A stretch of 64,000 nt of DNA from NCBI GenBank assembly GCA_030390025.1, contig CM059438.1, forward strand, positions 58,282,001 to 58,346,000. Direction: 5' to 3'. The position numbers and the translations under genes are program-made. Of the stretch, positions 56,997 through 64,000 are shown piece by piece. The DNA is from Squalus acanthias (Eukaryota). The first letter of the stretch is position 1. The number at the start of each line of letters is the position of its first letter. Below the pieces are notes generated by a model that saw only the letters and a program-made list of their open reading frames with translations, was not told where the DNA came from and ran no database searches.

Positions 56997-58824
56997 TCAG
57001 TATCCCGTCCCCGCCTTCTCTCCGTAACCCTTAACCCCTTTTGCCTGTAGAAATATATCTAATTCCCTCTTAAATATATTTAATGAGCTGGCGTACACTG
57101 CCCTCTGTGGCAATGAGTTCCACAGGTTCACCACCCTCTGAGTGAAGAAATTCCCCCTCATTTCTGTCCTAAATGGTTTAGCCCTTATCCTTAAATTATG
57201 TCCTCTAGTTCTGTTCTCACCCGCCAAGGGAAACATTCCTTCTGCATCTAGTCTGTCTAGACCTGTCAGAATTTTATACACTTCTATGAGGTCCCCTCTC
57301 AATCTTCTAAACTCCAGTGTGTACATCCCTAAACTACATAGTCTCTCCTCATAGGTCAATCCCGCCATTCCTGGTATCAGCCTGGTGAATCGCCGCTGCA
57401 CCCCCTCCATGGCAAGAACATCTTTCCTCAGATGAGGCGACCAAAACTGTACACAGTACTCGAGGTGTGGTCTCACCAGTGCCCTGTACAGCTGCAGCAA
57501 GGTATCCCTGTTCCTGTATTCCAACCCTTTTGCTATGAAGGCCAGCATACCGTTTGCCTTCTTGATCGCCTGTTGCACCTGCATGCTCGCCTTCAGTGAC
57601 TGGTGTACAAGAACACCCAGGTCTCTCTGTACTTCCCCCTCTCCCAATTTATTGCCATTTAAATAATAATTTGCCCTCCCGTTCCTGCACCCAAGGTGGA
57701 TAACTTCGCACTTGTCCACATTATAGTGCATCTGCCATTTATCCGCCCAATCACCCAGTCTGTCCAAATCGCTCTGGAGCTTCCTGGTCTCCTCCTCTGA
57801 GCCCACCCCCCCTCCTAGTTTAGTGTCGTCTGCAAATTTGGAAATGCTGCATCCGACTCCCTGATCCAGGTCATTAATGTAAATTGTGAACAGCTGGGGA
57901 CCCAGGACAGATCCCTGTGGTACCCCACTTGTTACTGCCTGCCATTCAGAAAATGAGCCGTTTATTCCAACTCTCTGTTTTCTATCTGACAGCCAGTTCT
58001 CTATCCACGTCAATACTTTCCCCTTTATCCCATGAGCTTCAATTTTCCCTGCTAATCTTTTATGTGGGACCTTATCGAAGGCCTTTTGGAAGTCCAGGTA
58101 CACCACATCTACTGGCTCTCCCCCATCTATTTTACCAGTTACTCCCTCAAAAAATTCCAATAGATTAGTCAAGCACGATTTACCCTTTGTAAATCCATGT
58201 TGACTCTGTCCTATCCTGTCCCCATTTGCTAAGTGCTCCGCTATTTCATCCTTAATGATGGACTCCAGCATTTTGCCCACAACTGATGTAAGGCTTACAG
58301 GTCTGTAATTACCTGCTTTTTCCCTACCCCCCTTTTTGAATAGTGGGGTAACGTTAGCTACCCTCCAATCCATGGGCACTGTTCCCGAGTCTAATGAATT
58401 CTGAAAAATCATACTTAGTGCATCCGCTATCTCTAGGGCCACCTCCTTCAGCACCCTAGGATGCATGTTATCAGGCCCTGGGGATTTGTCCGCCTTCAAT
58501 CCCTTTAGCTTCCTTAACACCATATCCTTAGAGATATTGACTTGCGTCAGTTCCTCCTTTGCAAATGTCCCTATTTTTCCCGATATCCCAGGGAGGTTTT
58601 TTGTGTCTTCCTTCGTAAAGACTGACCCAAAGTATGCATTTAGTTGGTCTGCCATTTCCTTATTTCCCGTTATATATTCCCCCGTATCTGACTGCAATGG
58701 GCCAACTTTGGTTTTCACCAGTCTTTTCCTCTTGATATACTTATAAAAGCTTTTGGAGTTAGTTTTTATATTTTCCGCCAGCTTGCTTTCGTAAGCTATT
58801 TTGCCCCTCTTGATTAAGCCCATT
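56901..58824 (-). mobile_element. 5'-truncated CR1-clade LINE (non-LTR retrotransposon), 1,924 bp; 3' end resembles elasmobranch HER1-type LINEs
   Basis: A non-satellite segment carries an RT ORF, a short 3' UTR and a simple-repeat tail. Removing it restores ACTGAGGAAT|GGTGTTGGGTTGAGGC, which is intact at about 55116-55140 and 60848-60873. The boundary is ambiguous by one T. The HER1 resemblance is from memory, not from a search. Confidence 0.95.
56997..58823 (-). pseudogene. Truncated CR1 ORF2: reverse transcriptase plus C-terminal region, 608 aa open frame, lacking the N-terminal APE endonuclease
   Basis: Motifs KSPGPDNMHPRVLKE, NYRPVSLTSVVGK, QHGF..GKSCLTNL, YLDFQKAFDKVPH, GVPQGSVLGP, catalytic FADD, LVRPHLEYC..FWSP, RRLRGDLI, TRGH and FFTQRVVNLWNSLP. 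There are no internal stops or frameshifts. Confidence 0.93.
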
Positions 58825-61800
58825 GGTGTTGGGTTGAGGCAGAGTCTGGGAATGGAGCTGGATACAGACAGAATTTTGGCTTGGAGCTGGGTACAGGGAG
58901 ACTACGGGAATAGAGCTGGGTACAGACAGACTCTGGGAATGGAGCTGGGTACAGACAGACTCTGGGGAATGGAACACGGTATAGGCGGACTCTGGGGAAT
59001 GTAACTGGGTACAGACAGAATCTGTGAATGGATCTGGGTACAGACAGACTCTGTGAATGGAGCTGGGTACAGACAGACTCTGTGAATGGAGCTGGGTACA
59101 GGCAGACTAGGGGAATGGAGCTTGGTACAGACAGACCCTGGGAATGGAGCTGGGTACAGACAGACTATGTGAATGGAGCTGGGTACAGACAGACTCTGGG
59201 AATGGTGTTGGGTACAGACATCTCTGGGGAATGGAACTCGGTAGAGACAGACTCTGTGAATGGAGCTGGGTACAGACAGACTCTGGGAATGGAGCTGGGT
59301 ACAGGCAGCCGACGGGAATGGAGCTGGTTACAGACAGATTCTGGGGAATGCAGCTGGTTACAGACAGACTGGGGAACGGAGCTGGGTACAGACAGAATTT
59401 GGGAATGGAGCTCGGTGCAGGCGGACTCTGGGAATGGAGCTGGGTACAGACAGACACTGGGAATGGTGCTGGGTACAGACGGACTCTGGGGAATGGAGCT
59501 GGGTTATGACAGATTCTGGGAATGGAGCTCGGTACAGATAGACTGGGGAATGGAGCTGGGTACAGAAGACTGGGGAATTGAGCTGGGTACATACAGACTT
59601 TGGGGAATGGAGCAGGGTACAGACAGTGTCTGGGGGATGGAGCTGGGTACAGACAGACTGAGGAATGGAGTTGGGTAGAGAAAGAGTCTGGGAATGGAGC
59701 TGGGTACAGACAGTATTTGGGAATGGAGCTGGGTACAGACAGACTGAGGAATGGCGTTGGATAGAGGCAGAGTTTGGGAATGGAGCTGCGTACAGACAGA
59801 CTATGGGAATGGATCTTGTACAAACAGATATTGGGGAATGGAGCGGGGTACAGACAGACTCTGGGGAATGGAGCTGTGTACGAACAGACTGAGGAATGGA
59901 GTTGGGGAGAGAGCAGAGTCTGGGAATGCAGCTGGGTACAGACAGAATTTGGAAATGGAGCTGGGTACAGACAGACTATGGGAATGGATCTGGGTACAGA
60001 CAGACTCTGGGAAATGGTGCTGGGTACAGACAGACTCTGGGGAATGGAACTCGGTACAGGCGGACTCTGGGGAATGGAGCTGGGTACAGAGAGAATTTGG
60101 AAATGGAGCTGGGTACAGACAGACTATGGGAATGGAGCTGGGTACAGACAGATTCTGGGAATGGAGCTCGGTACAGATAGACTCTGGGGAATGGAGCTGT
60201 GTACAGAAGACTGGGGAATAGAGCTGGGTACAGACAGACTTTGGGGAATGGAGCTGGGTACAGACAGAGTGCGGAATGGCATTGGGTAGTGGCAGAGTCT
60301 GGGAATGGAACTGGGTACAGACAGAATTTGGGAATGGAGCTGGGTACAGACAGACTGAGGAATGGCGTTGGGTAGAGGCAGAGTCTGGGAATTGAGCTGG
60401 GTACAGACAGACTCTTGGAATGTTGCGGGGTACAGAAAGACTCTGTGAATGGAGCTGGGTACAGATAGACTTCGGGAATGGAGCTGGGTATAGGCAGACT
60501 CTGGGGAATGGAGCTCGGTACAGTTGGCTCTAGGGAATGGAGCTGGGTACAGACAGACTCTGGGGAATGGAGCTGGTTCCAGAGAGACTGTGGAACAGAG
60601 CTGGATACAGACAGACTGGGGAATGGAGCACGGTTCAGAGAGAATGGGGAATGAAGCTGGGTACAGACAGACTCTTGGAATGGAGCTAGGTACAGACAGA
60701 CACTGGGAATGGTGTTGGGTACAGACGGACTCTGGGGAATGGAGCTGGGTACAGGCAGATTCTGGGAATGGAGCTGGGTACAGATAGACTCTGGGGAATG
60801 GAGCTGGGTACAGAGAGTCTCTGGGGAATGGAGTTGGGTACAGACAGACTGAGGAATGGTGTTGGGTTGAGGCAGAGTCTGGGAATGGAGCTGGATACAG
60901 ACAGAATTTTGGCTTGGAGCTGGGTACAGGGAGACTACGGGAATAGAGCTGGGTACAGACAGACTCTGGGAATGGAGCTGGGTACAGACAGACTCTGGGG
61001 AATGGAACACGGTATAGGCGGACTCTGGGGAATGTAACTGGGTACAGACAGACTCTGGGAATGGTGTTGGGTACAGACATCTCTGGGGAATGGAACTCGG
61101 TAGAGACAGACTCTGTGAATGGAGCTGGGTACAGGCAGCCGACGGGAATGGAGCTGGTTACAGACAGATTCTGGGGAATGCAGCTGGTTACAGACAGACT
61201 GGGGAACGGAGCTGGGTACAGACAGAATTTGGGAATGGAGCTCGGTGCAGGCGGACTCTGGGAATGGAGCTGGGTACAGACAGACACTGGGAATGGTGCT
61301 GGGTACAGACGGACTCTGGGGAATGGAGCTGGGTTATGACAGTTTCTGGGAATGGAGCTCGGTACAGATAGACTGGGGAATGGAGCTGGGTACAGAAGAC
61401 TGGGGAATTGAGCTGGGTACAGACAGACTTTGGGGAATGGAGCGGGGTACAGACAGTGTCTGGGGGATGGAGCTGGGTACAGACAGGCTGAGGAATGGAG
61501 TTGGGTAGAGAAAGAGTCTGGGAATGGAGCTGGGTACAGACAGTATTTGGGAATGGAGCTGGGTACAGACAGACTGAGGAATGGCGTTGGATAGAGGCAG
61601 TGTTTGGGAATGGAGTTGCGTACAGACAGACTATGGGAATGGATCTTGTACAAACAGATATTGGGGAATGGAGCGGGGTACAGACAGACTCTGGGGAATG
61701 GAGCTGTGTACAGACAGACTGAGGAATGGAGTTGGGTAAAGAGCAGAGTCTGGGAATGCAGCTGGGTACAGACAGAATTTGGAAATGGATCTGGGTACAG

Positions 61801-64000
61801 ACAGACTATGGGAATGGAGCTGGGTACAGACAGACTCTGTGAATGGAGCTGGGTACAGGCAGACTAGAGAATGGAGCTTGGTTCAGAGAGACTGGGGAAT
61901 GGAGCTGGGTACAGACAGAATCTGTGAATGGAGCTGGGTAAAGGCAGTCTAGGGGAATGGAGCTGGGTAAAGGCAGACTAGGGGAATGGAGCTGGTTACA
62001 GACAGATTCTGGGGAATGCAGCTGGTTACAGACAGACTGGCGAACGGAGCTGGATACAGACAGACTTGGGAATGGAGTACAGACAGATTCTGGGAATGGA
62101 GCTCGGTACAGATTGACTGTGGGGAATGGAGCTGGGTGCAGAAGACTGGGGAATAGCGCTGGGTACAGACAGACTTTGGGGAATGGAGCTGGGTACAGAC
62201 AGTCTCTGGGGGATGGAGCTGGGTACAGACAGACTGAGGAATGGCGTTGGGTAGAGGCAGAGTCTGGGAATGGAGCTAGGTTCAGACAGACTCTTGGAAT
62301 GGTGCTGGGTACAGAAAGACTCTGGGAATGGAGCTGGGTACTGTCTGATTCTGGGGGAAGGAGCTGGGTACAGACAGACTCTGTGGAATGGATCTTGTAC
62401 AGACAGACATTGGGAAATCGAGCTGGGTACAGACAGACTCTGGGAATACAGCTGTGTACAGACAGACTCTGGGAATGGATCTCGTTACAGACAGACTGGG
62501 GAATGGAGCTGGGTACATAAAGACTCTGCAAAGGGAGCTGGGTACAGACAGACTGGAGAATGGAACTGGGTACAGACAGACTTGCGGGATAGGAGCCGGG
62601 TACAGACAGTCTCCAGGAATCGAGCTGGGTACCGGAAGACTCTCGGGAATGGAGCTGGGTATAGACAGACTCTGGGGAATGGAGCTCGGTACAGGCGGAC
62701 TCTGGGGAATGAAGCTGGGTTCAGACAGACTCTGGGGAATGGAGCTGGTTAAAGAGAGACTGTGGAACAGAGCTGGATACAGACAGACTGGGGAATGGAG
62801 CAGGGTTTAGAGAGAATGGGGAATGTAGCTGGGTACAGACAGATTCTAGGAATGGAGCTGGGTACAGACAGACACTGGGAATGATGTTGGGTACAGACGG
62901 ACTCTGGGGCATGGAGCTGGGTACAGACAGATTCTGGGAATGGAGCTGGGTACAGATAGACTCTGGGGAATGGAGCTGGGTACAGACAGTCTCTGGGGAA
63001 TGGAGTTGGGTACAGACAGACTGAGGAATGGGGTTGGGTAGAGGCAGAGTCTGGGAATGGAGCTGGATACAGACAGAATTTTGGAATGGAGCTGGGTACA
63101 GACAGACTATGGGAATGGAGCTGGGTACAGACAGACTCTGGGAATGGAGCTGGGTACAGACAGACTCTGGGGAATGGAAATCGGTACAGGCGGACTCTGG
63201 GGAATCGAGCTGGGTACAGACAGAATCTGTGAATGGAGCTGGGTACAGACAGACTCTGTGAATGGAGCTGGGTACAGGCAGACCAGGGGAATGGAGCTGG
63301 GTACAGACAGACCCTGGGAATGGAGCTGGGTACAGACAGACTTTGGGAATGGAGCAGGGTACAGACAGACTCTGGGAATGGTGCTGGGTACAGACAGGCT
63401 CTGGGGAATGGAACTCGGTATAGACAGACTCTGTGAATGGAGCTGGGTACAGACAGACGCTGTGAATGGAGCTGGGTACAGGCAGACTAGGGGAATGGAA
63501 CTGGTTACAGACAGATTCTGGGGAATGCAGCTGGTTACAGACAGACTGGGGAACGGAGCTTAATACAGACAGACTGGGGAATCGAGTACAGACAGATTCT
63601 GGGAATGGAGCTCGGTACAGTCAGACTCTTGGGAATGGAGCTGGGTACAGAAGACTGGGGAATAGAGCTGGGTGCAGACAGACTTTGGGGAATGGAGCTG
63701 GTTATGACAGTCTCTGGGGAATGGAGCTGGGTACAGACAGACTGAGGAATGGAGTTGGTCGAGGCACTGTCTGGGAATGGAGCTGGGTACAGACAGAATT
63801 TGGAAATGCAGCTGGGTACAGACAGACTCTGGGAATGGTGCTGGGTACAGACAGACTCTGGGGAATGGAGCTGGGTACAGACAGAATTTGGAAATGGAGC
63901 TGTGTACAGACAGACTATCGGAATGGAGCTGGATCCAGACAGACTCTGGGAATGGTGCTGGGTACAGACAGACTCTGGGGAATGGAGCTGGGTACAGATA
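58825..64000 (+). repeat. Continuation of the 28-30 bp satellite array, running off the window end
   Basis: Same monomer and orientation, resuming mid-monomer exactly in phase after the LINE. Confidence 0.98.

Noticed and set aside
57142..58746. Short plus-strand ORFs inside the LINE (57142, 57917, 58465)
   Set aside because: They are antisense shadows of the RT frame with no motifs.
56997..58823. Retron, DGR, group II intron or telomerase-like RT acting on the repeat array
   Set aside because: The motifs, C-terminal region, 3' UTR and tail are typical CR1 ORF2. Empty-site paralogs show a simple insertion into a pre-existing array, and the element contains no copy of the monomer to act as a template.
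548..64000. CRISPR array (repeat length about 29 bp)
   Set aside because: Monomers abut directly with no unique spacers, there are no cas genes, and the context is eukaryotic.

Overview
This is eukaryotic, almost certainly vertebrate, repetitive DNA. The LINE 3' end points to a cartilaginous fish. About 96% of the window (515-64000, continuing past the right edge) is one head-to-tail tandem array of a G-rich 28-30 bp monomer, consensus GGG(G)AATGGAGCTGGGTACAGACAGACT(CT), at roughly 2,100 copies estimated from length. The array has layered structure: two monomer-variant domains that switch near 15.1 kb, an old conserved order of variant monomers, and several recent near-identical tandem duplications (346, 898, 1028, 1175, about 2033, 2083 and about 3254 bp). 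It is interrupted once, at 56901-58824, by a 1,924 bp 5'-truncated CR1-clade LINE on the minus strand. That LINE has an open 608-aa reverse-transcriptase frame, a stem-loop 3' UTR, an (ATGT)-type tail and essentially no target-site duplication. The left edge has a C-rich low-complexity repeat (1-290) and a short unique spacer. The other long ORFs in the track are artefacts: the monomer consensus has no stop codon in any of six frames. I found no host gene, RNA gene or CRISPR array, and I cannot demonstrate a new biological system. The most interesting leads, all hypotheses, are the TEAD-like and SMAD-like motifs in every monomer, the switch-region-like AGCT/G-rich character, and the young LINE as a time marker.
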